A stretch of 64,000 nt of DNA from an uncultured Actinomycetes bacterium (GTDB taxonomy: Bacteria; Actinomycetota; UBA4738; HRBIN12), in NCBI GenBank assembly GCA_963778545.1, contig CAVZUW010000012.1:192194-256193 (forward strand). The letters are read 5' to 3'. Numbering within the stretch: the first letter of the stretch is position 1; the number at the start of each line of letters is the position of its first letter. This document shows positions 51,853-61,396 of this stretch, piece after piece. The translations under genes were made by a program, and so were the position numbers. Below the pieces are notes generated by a model. The model was not told where the DNA came from. It did no database searches and saw nothing but the letters and a program-made list of their open reading frames with translations.

Positions 51853-52824
51853 CTAGCCGCGCATCGGCGGGAGCGCCTCGAGCTCGGTCTCGACCTCCGA
51901 CTCGCTCCACATCGAGCTCCAGCGGTCCGCGATCGTGCCGTCGGCGCCGATCAGGAAGAGCCACGGCTCGGTCAGGTCGCCGTTCGGCATCTGCAGCCAG
52001 TCCAGCGCGGCCTGGTTCAGGACCTGCTGGTCGTAGTCCTTCCAGATCTCGACGTGGATGAACACCGCCCGGTCGTCGTACCGGCGGGAGAGGTCCTCGA
52101 CCATCTCGGTGACCGGTCCGCAGAACCGGCTGACGCAGAACACGGGCGTCGCGAACACCACGAGCGCCGGCCGGCCCTCGTCGATCGCCCGGGCGATCGT
52201 CCACTCGTGGAGCTCGGGATCGGGGATCGAGCCCTTGGTCGCCGCGCGCGAATCGATCGCCGCGAGCGGGACGCCCTTCGAATCCACGGTGAGGTTCTCG
52301 GTCGGCTGCGCTCGGTCGCCGGGGGCCGGCAGCGACGGATGCTCCTGCACCGCGAACGACGCCTGCGCCGTCTGGGGGCCGAGCCCCTCGACGTCCGCGG
52401 TGACCTCGGCGACCCAGACGCCCGCGGTGTCGAACACCACGTCGGTCGCCTCGTAGACACCGCGGCCCTCGTTGGGCTGGGTCACGACGGGCCCGTCCGA
52501 ACGTTCGGGCGTCCCGAACGTCGGGACGAAGGTCGCGGTGGCCGTCGGGCCCGGCTCCGTCGGTGCCCCGTTCCCGACCATCGAGAACGAGACGTCCACC
52601 GTCCCGAAGCTCACGAGGCTGTTGTCGGGCATCACGAGCCCCAGGTCCACCCGCTGCGGGTCCTTCGTGTACAGGTCGACGCTCGCGGCGACGGCGACCA
52701 TGCCCGAGCTGTTCCCGGTCGCGCCCGTGGGCGGTGGCGGCTCGTCGTCGGAGGAGCAGGCCGCGGTCAGCAGGCCGAGCGAGAGCAGGGCTGCGAGGGT
52801 TCGGATCGGTGCCACGGGCACCAT
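51853..52824 (-). CDS. thioredoxin-fold lipoprotein with N-terminal Ig-like (FixH/YtkA-like) domain
   Basis: Lipobox LLTAAC. C-terminal ALVVFATPVFCVSRFCGPV segment in a redoxin-like context. Confidence 0.65.
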   Translation of the reverse strand: MVPVAPIRTLAALLSLGLLTAACSSDDEPPPPTGATGNSSGMVAVAASVDLYTKDPQRVDLGLVMPDNSLVSFGTVDVSFSMVGNGAPTEPGPTATATFVPTFGTPERSDGPVVTQPNEGRGVYEATDVVFDTAGVWVAEVTADVEGLGPQTAQASFAVQEHPSLPAPGDRAQPTENLTVDSKGVPLAAIDSRAATKGSIPDPELHEWTIARAIDEGRPALVVFATPVFCVSRFCGPVTEMVEDLSRRYDDRAVFIHVEIWKDYDQQVLNQAALDWLQMPNGDLTEPWLFLIGADGTIADRWSSMWSESEVETELEALPPMRG

Positions 52825-52848
52825 CTTCCCCTGTGATCGCGGGAAGCG

Positions 52849-53922
52849 TCAGGCGTTGGCGTCGCCGAGACCTGCCTGGGCGCCGCCGCCCGCGTTCGAG
52901 CCGATCTTCAGGTCCTCGAACACCGGCAGGACGTCGAACGACGTCATCGAGCGCTCGGGGTCCTCGCCGATCTGCGCGATCTGCTCCGGGTCGGCTTGGC
53001 CGAGGAACCGCCCGGCCTCGCTCACGTGCCAGATCCCCGCGGGATCCAGGCCCATCACGAGCGCCGCGGTCGAGTCGGTCGCCACCGGATCGGTCCCGAA
53101 GACCAGCACGCCGGCCTCCACGGGCGTCCCGTCGATCGGGCCGTTGCCCTCCATCCCGACGATCCCGTCCACGATCTGCAGCTCCGGACGCACGGCCGAG
53201 GCCACGTCGACGATCGCCTCCTGCAGGCCCGCCCAGTGCAGCACGTTCTTCGGCCAGCCGTAGATGCGGCCCGGCACGCAGCCGAAGCAGTTCTTCATCG
53301 AAAGGGTGGCGCCCGCCCAGTGGTGCGTCTTCATCTTCGGCATCGAGATCACGACGTCGGCCTCGACGACCGGCGTGGGCAGCCACAGCTCGCCGAGCTC
53401 GGTGAACCGGGAGTGCAGCGGCACGCGGGTCACGGGCGCGAGGTTCAGGTCGACGAACCGCGCGCCCACCTCGCCCAGGCGTTCGCCCAGACCGGACGCC
53501 GAGACCACGAACGGGGTGTCGCGCCGATGCCCCGGCCCCTCGGCCACCAGAACCGAGGACGCGCCGAGTCGCCTCACGGCCAGCACGGTGGCCGCGACGA
53601 GCCTCGGGTCGGTGTTGATGACCGAGCCCCGGTCGTACTCGACCAGGTTGGGCTTGAGCAGCACCGAGCGGCCGGCGAGCGACGCGCCCACCTCGCGCAG
53701 ACCGTCCTCGACCGTGGTCTCCAGGTCGCCGTCGTAGGAGTCGACCCGCGCGACGAGGACCTTCGGCCGGCCGGGCGGCGCGAACGCGTCGTCGTCCCAC
53801 GGACGGTGGAACCGGTGGAGCAGGTTCGGGATCGCGGCGCCCGCGCCCAGGCCCACCGCGGCCGAGCCGGCGACGACGATGCCGGTCCGCCGGAGGAACG
53901 TTCGCCGGTCCATCGGCCTCAT
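52849..53922 (-). CDS. Tat-signal DUF362 domain protein
   Basis: Twin-arginine motif MDRRTFLRRTG. DUF362-like body (VLLKPNLVE..., ISMPKMKTHHWAGATLSMKNCFG, VDGIVGMEGNGP). Confidence 0.8.
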   Translation of the reverse strand: MRPMDRRTFLRRTGIVVAGSAAVGLGAGAAIPNLLHRFHRPWDDDAFAPPGRPKVLVARVDSYDGDLETTVEDGLREVGASLAGRSVLLKPNLVEYDRGSVINTDPRLVAATVLAVRRLGASSVLVAEGPGHRRDTPFVVSASGLGERLGEVGARFVDLNLAPVTRVPLHSRFTELGELWLPTPVVEADVVISMPKMKTHHWAGATLSMKNCFGCVPGRIYGWPKNVLHWAGLQEAIVDVASAVRPELQIVDGIVGMEGNGPIDGTPVEAGVLVFGTDPVATDSTAALVMGLDPAGIWHVSEAGRFLGQADPEQIAQIGEDPERSMTSFDVLPVFEDLKIGSNAGGGAQAGLGDANA

Positions 53923-54743
53923 GCCGGCACCGCCAGCTCCGAGAGCCCGGGCCCCGAAGCCAACGCGATCCACGCGAGCGCGATCACGTCGGGCGGCGGC
54001 CCGTCCATCGTGCGTTCGAGCGCGCCCTCGAGCTCGTCGGCGTCGGGGAGCTCGAGCAGCCGGAACGCGGCGAGCGACATCGCGAGGGTGAGCGGCCCGC
54101 GCTCGAGCGGCCACAGGCGCCGGAGGGCGTCGACCCCCCGGAGCACCAGCCCGTCGTTCGACGCCGGGGCGTGCAGCCCGATCAGGCCCGCGGCGGTCGT
54201 CTGCCCGAACGGCGGCAGGTCGACGTCGTAGACGGACCGGCTGCCGAAGTTCCACCCGCCCGCGACGCACTCGCGGTCGGCCAGGAACCCGACCGCGCCG
54301 TCGATCTGGTTCTTGGCATCGGGCCGCAGACGACGGAACGCCAGCAGGGCTCGGGCCGTCGGCTCGACCCACCCGGCGGTGCCGAGCGCCCATCCCCAAC
54401 CGGGGACGTTCGGGTCGTGCGGGACCACCGGGTCGGAGGGCAGCGTCCGCGCCGGCGTGGCGACGAGGTGGTCGAGCGCGCGCTCGCGTTCGGCGCCGGG
54501 AGGCAGGGCGAGCGCGGCGAGCCCGGTGGCGGCGTCGTTCTCGACCGGCCCCGCGGTCAGGCCGAAGGAACCGTCCGAGCGCTGTGCCCCGGCCAGCCAG
54601 CGGCGCGCGGCGTCGTCATCCAGCGCGATCGAAGCCAGCGCCGTGGGTTCGGGCTCGGGCTCGGCCCCCGCCGTGGGACCGAACGCGTCCCCGCTCCTGG
54701 CGCGATCCAGGGTCTCGGCCGAACGTTCGAACAGCGGGCTCAC
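53919..54743 (-). CDS. prenyltransferase/squalene-oxidase-repeat (alpha/alpha-toroid) protein
   Basis: QW-like repeats: AGAQRSDGSFG, GWGWALGTAGWVEPTARAL, DRECVAGGWNFG. ATGA overlap with the downstream DUF362 gene. Confidence 0.6.
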   Translation of the reverse strand: MSPLFERSAETLDRARSGDAFGPTAGAEPEPEPTALASIALDDDAARRWLAGAQRSDGSFGLTAGPVENDAATGLAALALPPGAERERALDHLVATPARTLPSDPVVPHDPNVPGWGWALGTAGWVEPTARALLAFRRLRPDAKNQIDGAVGFLADRECVAGGWNFGSRSVYDVDLPPFGQTTAAGLIGLHAPASNDGLVLRGVDALRRLWPLERGPLTLAMSLAAFRLLELPDADELEGALERTMDGPPPDVIALAWIALASGPGLSELAVPA

Positions 54744-54782
54744 CGGAGGAGTATCGGCGCCTCCGGGGCCTCGCCAAAGGAC

Positions 54783-55400
54783 CTAGGGCTGCTCGAACGC
54801 ACCCTCCAGGTCCAGCAGGAACTCCTTGCGCCACTCCTGCCCGCCGTACTTGCCGACCCCGCCGCCCGAAGGCACCACGCGGTGGCACGGCACGACGATC
54901 GGGATCGGGTTGTCGTGCAGCGCGTTGCCCGCCGCCCGGGCCGCCCGGGGGCTCCCCGCGCGCTTGGCCACGTCCCCGTACGTCGAGACCGAGCCGAACG
55001 GGATCGCCGCCGTCGCCTCGAGCACGCGCTTGGAGAACCCCGGCGGCGTGAGCGACCAGTCGAGCGGGGTTCGGAACCGGCGGACCCGCCCCTCGAAGTA
55101 CGCCTCGAGCTGCCGGCGCGCGGCGTCCGTGCGCTTGGGGTCCTCGAGCAGCCGGGGCGACAGCGTCTCGGCGAGCTCCTCCAGCAGGTGGTCGAACGGC
55201 TCCTCCGGGAACGCGAGCCGGACCAGTCCCTTGCTCGTGCTCGCCACGAACAACGTGCCGACCGGCGTGTCGACGGTCGTGTACCCGATGTCGACGAGCC
55301 CGCGCCGCCGGGCCACCTCCAGGGTGGCCGCCGCCGCCCGGCGCGACGCCTCCTCGAACCCCTCGTCCCATCCTTCATGTCCTCTGGCTCGCGGCTTCAT
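54783..55400 (-). CDS. ogt: methylated-DNA-protein-cysteine methyltransferase (Ogt/MGMT) with about 35-aa N-terminal extension
   Basis: Active site IVVPCHRVV. GDVAKRAGSPRAARAAGNAL helix-turn-wing. ATGA overlap with the upstream sigma gene. Confidence 0.9.
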   Translation of the reverse strand: MKPRARGHEGWDEGFEEASRRAAAATLEVARRRGLVDIGYTTVDTPVGTLFVASTSKGLVRLAFPEEPFDHLLEELAETLSPRLLEDPKRTDAARRQLEAYFEGRVRRFRTPLDWSLTPPGFSKRVLEATAAIPFGSVSTYGDVAKRAGSPRAARAAGNALHDNPIPIVVPCHRVVPSGGGVGKYGGQEWRKEFLLDLEGAFEQP

Positions 55401-55879
55401 GCGGTGACCTCCTGCATCGATCGGAGCTTCCTTCGGCCCTCGTACGCGTTGGCCCTCGCGGCGTCCTCGGAGATCCCGAGCGCGTCCGCGATCTCGGCGT
55501 ACGAGAGGTCGAGCACGTACCGGTGGATGACCGCCGCGCGTTGCATCGGCGGCAGCGTCCCGACCGCCGTCCAGAGCTCCGGGTCGCCGTCGGTCGGTTC
55601 GGGCGCGGCCCGTTCGGGCAGCCGCTCGACGGGGATCGGTCGTCGCCGCTCGCCCCGCCAGTGATCCAACGTCTTGCGGGTCGCGATCGTGAACAGCCAT
55701 CCGCGGAGGTTGCTCGCGTCGCGCAGGCGCGGGTACGCGCGCAGCGCCGACAGGAACGTCTCCTGGAAGCAGTCGTCCGCGGCCTGCCGGCCGACGGCGG
55801 CCACCAGGAAGCGGTAGACGTCGGTCCGATGCTCGTCGAGCAGCCGCTGGAACGGTGGCAGCGTCATCCCGGCGAACAA
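55397..55879 (-). CDS. ECF sigma factor
   Basis: Region 2: DCFQETFLSALRAYPRLRDASNLRGWLFTIATRKTLDHWR. Region 4: LPPMQRAAVIHRYVLDLSYAEIADALGISEDAARANAYEGRRKL. Start is either TTG 55879 or ATG 55867. Confidence 0.9.
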   Translation of the reverse strand: MFAGMTLPPFQRLLDEHRTDVYRFLVAAVGRQAADDCFQETFLSALRAYPRLRDASNLRGWLFTIATRKTLDHWRGERRRPIPVERLPERAAPEPTDGDPELWTAVGTLPPMQRAAVIHRYVLDLSYAEIADALGISEDAARANAYEGRRKLRSMQEVTA

Positions 55880-55884
55880 CGGAC

Positions 55885-55915
55885 GAGACGCGAACCGCGT
55901 GAGACGCGAACCGCG
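55885..55915. repeat. perfect 15-bp direct repeat GAGACGCGAACCGCG x2 separated by 1 nt
   Basis: Copies at 55885-55899 and 55901-55915, in the 43-nt gap just upstream (minus-strand sense) of the sigma-ogt operon. Confidence 0.9.
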
Positions 55916-55922
55916 CGGAGCC

Positions 55923-56702
55923 TCACACGACCGGCCACGGGTACGGGCGCCCGGGACCGGGTTCGGGGAACGTGCCCGAGCGCAGGAGGTCGCTCACGCG
56001 GCGAGCGGTGGCGTCGATCTCGGCGGGCGTGAGCAGGGTCAACAGTCGTTCGCGGAACGGCCCGGACGCCAGGTTCGGCTCGAGCCCGCGCAGGTCCTCG
56101 AGCAGCGGTTCGGGGATCTGCTCGTCCACGAAGTCCCAGATCACCGTCCGGAGCTTGGGCTCGACGTGGAAGGTCACGCCGTGGTCGACGACGAAGATCC
56201 TCCCGTCCTCGGCGAGCAGGCAGTGGCCGGACTTGCGGTCGGCGTTGTTCGCGACGACGTCGAACAGCGCGATCCTGCGGAACTCGTCCGCGCGGTCGCG
56301 CTGCATCGTGAGGAAGTGCTGGCTCGGGTCGAAGGCCACGAACCGCTGCACCGAACCCGGCCCGTTCGGCCCATCGCGCAGGACGGTCGGGGGCACCCAC
56401 GGCCACCCGAGCGCGTCCGCGACCACGTACGCGGCGACCTCCCGCGCAGCCAGCGTCCCCTCCTCGAAGTCCCACAGGGGCGCCTCGCCGGACCGGGGCT
56501 TGTAGACCGCGAGCATCTGATCCCGGTCCTCGCGCACGCGGGCGAGGAAGGTGAAGTTCGAGGCGCGGGGGAGCAGGCCGAGGACCTCGAGCGAGCCCCG
56601 CTCCAGGAGTGCGATCGCCTCGGCGTCGCTGCGGTCCCGCTCCGCGTCGGCGTCCTCGATCCGCCGCTCCGGCGGCTGCGGCTCGGGCTCGCCCGGGGTC
56701 AC
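55923..56702 (-). CDS. SCO1664-family protein (PI3/4-kinase-like fold)
   Basis: GTG 56702 overlaps the DUF3090 stop (GTGA). ASNFTFLARV...AVYKPRSGEAPLWDF...FDVVANNADRKSGHCL...VVDHGVTFH. Confidence 0.8.
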   Translation of the reverse strand: MTPGEPEPQPPERRIEDADAERDRSDAEAIALLERGSLEVLGLLPRASNFTFLARVREDRDQMLAVYKPRSGEAPLWDFEEGTLAAREVAAYVVADALGWPWVPPTVLRDGPNGPGSVQRFVAFDPSQHFLTMQRDRADEFRRIALFDVVANNADRKSGHCLLAEDGRIFVVDHGVTFHVEPKLRTVIWDFVDEQIPEPLLEDLRGLEPNLASGPFRERLLTLLTPAEIDATARRVSDLLRSGTFPEPGPGRPYPWPVV

Positions 56703-57256
56703 CGGCCCGCGCTCTCGCGGTGGCCGTTCATGGCCGGACACATGTGCCCCTGGGGATCGATCGGGTTGCCGCAGTAGCGGCACTTCGGCCGGCCACGCTC
56801 CGCGACCGCGGCGCCGTGCCGCGCGAGCGCCAGCATCTGCTCTCGGGTCGCCCAGAGCCGGACGCGCCCCGGCTCGGGGCCCTCCTGCTCGGGCGAGCCC
56901 TCGCCTTCGGGCTCGTCGTCCGCCTCGTCCTCTGGCTCGTCCTGCTCGACGAGCTCCTCGATCTCGAGCAGCATCAGGTCGCGCTCCTCCGCGTACCCGA
57001 TCGACAGCCGTCCCGCGCGCCAGAGCGGTTCGAGCGGCGGCTCCAGGCCGAGCTCGTCGCTCGGCGGACCCTCGCCGGTCTCGCGGCCGACGGTGGCGAG
57101 GATCTCCAGGATCGAGGTCCCCAGGAGCTCGACCTGCTCCTTCTCGACCAGGATCGTGACGGTGCGCTCGCCCTCGCGCGCCTGCAGGAAGAACGTGCGC
57201 TCGCCCGGCTCGCCGACGGCGCCCGCCGTGATCCGGTCGACGTGTTCGAGATCCAC
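56699..57256 (-). CDS. DUF3090 family protein
   Basis: ITAGAVGEPGERTFFLQAR...TVTILVEKEQV, an acidic linker, and the C-terminal CRYCGNPIDPQGHMCPAMNGH. Confidence 0.85.
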   Translation of the reverse strand: MDLEHVDRITAGAVGEPGERTFFLQAREGERTVTILVEKEQVELLGTSILEILATVGRETGEGPPSDELGLEPPLEPLWRAGRLSIGYAEERDLMLLEIEELVEQDEPEDEADDEPEGEGSPEQEGPEPGRVRLWATREQMLALARHGAAVAERGRPKCRYCGNPIDPQGHMCPAMNGHRESAGR

Positions 57257-57260
57257 GAAC

Positions 57261-57893
57261 CTATCCTCCCACCTTCCTCGGCCCCGACCGGAGGCCGGCG
57301 AGGTCGCCCGTGTCGTTCACCCTGAGGAGCCGGGGCATGCCATCGCCGAGGGCGACGACCGTGATCGAGCCGGGGTCCACGACCAGGCGATGCAGGTGGT
57401 CGACGTGCGCGCCGGCCACGTGCGCGATCACCAAGCGGATCGGATCCGCATGCGACACGACGACGACGATCCCCTTGCGGTGGTCCTGCGCGATCCGGTT
57501 CACCTCGTCGACCGCCCGCGCCTGCACCTCGAGCAGGCTCTCGCCCCCGGGGAAGCGCATCGCCGAGGGAACCCGTTCCACGGTTCGCCAGAGCTTCGTC
57601 TTCCGCACCTGCGCGATCGACCGCCCGGTCCACTCGCCGTACCCGGTCTCGATGAGCCGGCGCCGGATGTGCACGCTGAGCCGGCGGGCCTTCGCGAGCG
57701 GTGCGGCGGTCTCGCGGCAGCGCTCGAGGGGGCTGGAGTAGATCGCCTCGACCCGCACCCCGTCGAGCCGGTCGACGAGTCGGTCGGCCTCGGTCCTGCC
57801 TCGCTCGTTCAGGTGCACGCCGGGCTGCCATCCGGTCAGACGCTTGCCGGCCGCATCGGTGTGACCGTGCCGAACGAGGAGCACCGTCGCCAT
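57261..57893 (-). CDS. histidine phosphatase family protein (MSMEG_4193-type putative phosphomutase)
   Basis: LLVRHGHTD catalytic RHG motif. SSPLERCRETA, GEWTG, VVVSHADPIR. Confidence 0.85.
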   Translation of the reverse strand: MATVLLVRHGHTDAAGKRLTGWQPGVHLNERGRTEADRLVDRLDGVRVEAIYSSPLERCRETAAPLAKARRLSVHIRRRLIETGYGEWTGRSIAQVRKTKLWRTVERVPSAMRFPGGESLLEVQARAVDEVNRIAQDHRKGIVVVVSHADPIRLVIAHVAGAHVDHLHRLVVDPGSITVVALGDGMPRLLRVNDTGDLAGLRSGPRKVGG

Positions 57894-57934
57894 GCGGGTA
57901 GCGTACCCGGGCCGTATCTGCGGCCCGAACGCGG

Positions 57935-59083
57935 TCAGGCCGGGGCCGGCAACCGGACCTCGAACCGCGTCCCCTGCCCGAGCTCGCTCGTCACCTCGAC
58001 CCGGCCGCCGTGGTTCTCGGCGACGTGCTTCACGATCGACAGGCCGAGCCCCGTCCCGCCGGTTTCGCGCGACCGCGCGCGGTCGACCCGGTAGAAGCGT
58101 TCGAAGATCCGCGGCAGGTCGCGGCTCGGGATCCCCAGGCCCGTGTCGACGATCGCGAGGACGACCTCACCGTCGTCGGTGGTCAGGTCGACGTCGACCT
58201 TGCCGCCCGGCCTCGTGTAGCGGATCGCGTTGTCCACCAGGTTCCGCACGAGCAGGGCGAGGTCGCGTGAGGAGCCGCGTACGCGCGGGATGCCGTCCGC
58301 CCGGACCGAGAGCCCGACGCCGGCCTCGGCCGCGGGTTCCTCGAACCGCTCGCCCTCGTCGCGGACGATCGCGTCGAGCGCGACCGACTCGTCGAGCTCG
58401 CTCCCGGACTCGAGCCGCGACAGGTCGAGCAGATCCGAGACGATCCGGGACAGGCGCGCCGCCTCGCGTTCGAGCTGTGAGGCGAACCGTGGGATCACCG
58501 AGGGGTCCTCGCCGGCCGCGGTCCGGATCGTCTCGGCGGCCGCCTGGATCGAGGCCGCGGGGGTCTTCAGCTCGTGCGAGGCGTTCGCGACGAAGTCGCG
58601 CCGGACCTGGTCCAGGCGCCGGGTCTCGGTGATGTCTCGGAGCACCAGGACGACCGAGCCGTCGTCCGTCCTGGCCGCGAACCCACGGAGCACCCGGGTC
58701 GGAGCCCCGGTCTCGGCCTCGGTGACCAAGATCGTGCGCTCGTCGGCGGCGCGCCGGGCGATGCGCTGGAGCCCCAGCGGCAGCAGGGCGTCGATCGACC
58801 CGGGACGGGCGCCGAGCTGACCCTCGGCGGCCACGTTCGCGTACCTGCGTGACGCCGTCCGGAGCGAACAGGAGCACGCCCTCCTCCATCGAGGCGAGGA
58901 TCGTGGAGGCCGAGTCCCGCTCGGCTTCGGACGCCTCGAGACGAGCGCCGAGTGTCGGCGCGCCGCCTCGTCTCGGGCCCTGCTCGCGGCGTCCGCGCGG
59001 CGCCGTGCGCGGGCCGCCACGACCACGGCGGCGATCGCGACCGCGACCGCGCCGGCCGTCACGGCGATCGGAACGGCGTCCAT
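57935..59083 (-). CDS. SenX3/PhoR-like sensor histidine kinase; internal segment (about 58850-58990) appears out of frame
   Basis: TM helix after ATG 59083. H-box RRDFVANASHELKTP, N-box LVRNLVDNAIRY, G-boxes DTGLGI / GGTGLGLSIV. The PAS-like piece ILASMEEGVLLFAPDGVT is only found in an alternate frame, flanked by compensating shifts. Confidence 0.85.
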   Translation of the reverse strand: MDAVPIAVTAGAVAVAIAAVVVAARARRRADAASRARDEAARRHSALVSRRPKPSGTRPPRSSPRWRRACSCSLRTASRRYANVAAEGQLGARPGSIDALLPLGLQRIARRAADERTILVTEAETGAPTRVLRGFAARTDDGSVVLVLRDITETRRLDQVRRDFVANASHELKTPAASIQAAAETIRTAAGEDPSVIPRFASQLEREAARLSRIVSDLLDLSRLESGSELDESVALDAIVRDEGERFEEPAAEAGVGLSVRADGIPRVRGSSRDLALLVRNLVDNAIRYTRPGGKVDVDLTTDDGEVVLAIVDTGLGIPSRDLPRIFERFYRVDRARSRETGGTGLGLSIVKHVAENHGGRVEVTSELGQGTRFEVRLPAPA

Positions 59084-59123
59084 CGATGCGGAGTGTAGAA
59101 GCGACCGAACCGGGGCGGTCACG

Positions 59124-59191
59124 GTTCGTTCTTCCCGCCGGTGCCCGTTCACCTCCCGTTCACACCGGGCGCCGAGGGTCGTTCACCGAGG
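59124..59191 (+). promoter_or_regulatory. PHO-box-like GTTCAC direct repeats in the kinase/pstS divergent intergenic region
   Basis: GTTCGTT at 59124, GTTCACC at 59147, GTTCACA at 59158 (11-nt spacing) and GTTCACC at 59181. A possible -10 TAGCGT lies at 59196-59201, and the pstS ATG is at 59246. Confidence 0.5.
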
Positions 59192-59245
59192 GTCGGTAGC
59201 GTCCCCGCGACGACAGGCCCGTTCGGCCTACGAAGGAGGAGCTGG

Positions 59246-60326
59246 ATGCGGAACCGGAGGAAGTGGCCGGTGCTGCTCGCCGCGATGGCATCGTTGTCGC
59301 TCGTGGCGGCCGCCTGTGGCGAGCGACGGCGGAGACGAGACCGGCAGCGGCAGCACGTCCCAGGACCTGACCGGCTCGATCGCGGTCTCCGGCTCGTCGA
59401 CGGTGCTCCCGATCTCGAGCCTGGTCGCCGAGCTCTTCAACGAAGACGTGTCCCCGAACGTCCAGATCACCGTGGACGGCCCGGGGACGGGCGACGGCTT
59501 CGTCCTGTTCTGTGACGGCGAGACCGAAATCAGCGACGCCTCGCGTCCGATCGAGCAGGAAGAGGCCGACGCGTGCTCGGCGAACGGGATCGAGTACATC
59601 GAGCTCGCCGTCGCCTACGACGGCATCACGGTCATGACGAACCCGGCGAACGGGGACGTGACCTGTCTGAACAAGGGCGACCTCTACGCGCTGTTCGGGC
59701 CCGAGTCCGACGGCATCGACACGTGGAACGGCGCCGACTCGCTCGCGAACCAGGTCGGCGGGACCGACGGCTTCCCGAACGCCCCGCTCGAGATCTCGGC
59801 GCCCGGCGAGGAGTCCGGTACCTACGATGCCTTCATCGAGCTCGCCGGGATCGAGGACACCGCGCTCGCGCAGGGGGTCCCGGAGGACAAGGCCGCATCG
59901 CTGCGGACCGACTACCGTTCCTCGCCGGACGACAACGTGATCATCACCGCGATGGAGGGTTCGGACTCGCCGCTCGGGTTCGTCGGGTTCGCGTACGCCG
60001 AGAACGCCGCCGACCAGGTCAAGATCCTCCAGGTCGACGGCGGCTCCGGATGCGTCGCGCCGAGCCGGGACACGATCGCGGACGCGTCGTACCCGCTGTC
60101 CCGCACGCTGTTCATCTACGTGAACAAGGCCAAGCTCGCGGACAGCCCGGCGCTGAAGGCCTTCGTGGACTACTACGTGAGCGACACCGGTCTGGTCGAC
60201 GCCGTCGACCAGACGGGGTACGTCGAGCTCCCCACGGACATGATCGACGCGACCCGGTCCACCTGGGACTCGGCGTCGGGTTCGGCCGGCAGCACGGCCG
60301 GCACCGGTTCGACCGGCATCACGTAG
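59246..60326 (+). CDS. pstS: phosphate ABC transporter substrate-binding lipoprotein PstS, frame break near 59318
   Basis: RBS GAAGGAGGAG. Lipobox LVAAAC. After a +1 shift: SDGGDETGSGS...IAVSGSSTVLPI...GPGTGDGF...SDASRPI... Confidence 0.9.
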
Positions 60327-60417
60327 GACACCGTTGCACCAGGACGGGCCCGGACGCCGGACGGCGTCCGGTCCCGTCGCTGGCCGACACGCAGAGGGGT
60401 AGGCTCCGAGCCAGCCG

Positions 60418-61360
60418 ATGGCCATCACCACGACGACCAGGCAACCGATCACGCTGGAGCTCATGCGGGGCAACCCTCGCCGCCGCCGCAAGGAGCGGTT
60501 CGTGCGGGTGGCCTTCTTCGCGGCCGCCGCGCTCGAGCCTGCTGATCAGCATCGCGATCGTCCTGGCGCTCGCGGGAGAGGCGATCCGCTGGGTGATGGC
60601 GATCGACCTCGGGTGGTTGTGGGCGGAAGGGTGGTTCCCCCGGGCGAACGAGTTCGACCTGGTGACGATCGTGGCCGGGACGCTGATGATCGCGGTGATC
60701 GCGATGTTCGTCGCGATCCCGCTCGGCCTGGGCGCCGCCGCCTACCTGTCCGAGTACGCCACCCCGCGGACCCGGCGCACGTTGAAGCCGATCCTGGAGA
60801 CGCTCGCGAGCATCCCGAGCGTCGTCCTCGGCTACTTCGCGCTCCAGGTGATCAACCCGGACCTCGTCCGGAAGATCTTCGCCTCGGCCGGCACCTTCAA
60901 CTTCATGGCGGGGGGGATCGCGGTCGGGATCCTCATCACGCCGCTCGTCGCCTCGGTGGCCGAGGACGCGATGCACGCCGTGCCGAGCTCGCTCCGCGAG
61001 GGTGCGTACGGGATCGGCGCTCGGCGCAAGACCGTGACGACGAAGGTCGTCTTCCCCGCCGCTGTGTCCGGCGTCGTCGCGTCCTTGATCCTGGGCTTCT
61101 CGCGCGCGGTCGGGGAGACGATGGTCGTCGCGATCGCGGTCGGCGCGACGGGCGGTGCCCTCCGTACCTTCAACCCGCTCGAAGGCGGTCAGACGATGAC
61201 CGGCGCGATCTCCTCGCTCGCGATCGGATCGGACCGGGTCCGCGGCTCCGGCTTCGCGTTCGACGCGCTGTACTTCGTTGGGCTCCTGCTGTTCGTGATC
61301 ACCTTCATCCTCAACGTGGTGTCCGAACGGTTCGTGCGGCGCGTCCGGAGCCAGTACTGA
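60418..61360 (+). CDS. pstC: phosphate ABC transporter permease PstC, frame break near 60535
   Basis: The N-terminal 40 aa are in one frame. The body is in frame +1, with the EAA-loop region SLREGAYGIGARRKTVTTKVVFPAA. Confidence 0.9.
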
Positions 61361-61396
61361 TGTCCGCTCGTCGCGCCGGCGGACGCGCGGACGAGC

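Noticed and set aside
50888-53800. 970-aa minus-strand ORF. Likewise 28983-31202 (739 aa), 52849-54399 (516 aa) and 54783-55700 (305 aa).
   Set aside because: These are composites. Only the 3' parts (rhomboid from 51808, glycosidase from 30161, DUF362 from 53922, ogt from 55400) have recognisable domains and sensible signal peptides or start contexts. The upstream extensions overlap other well-supported genes.
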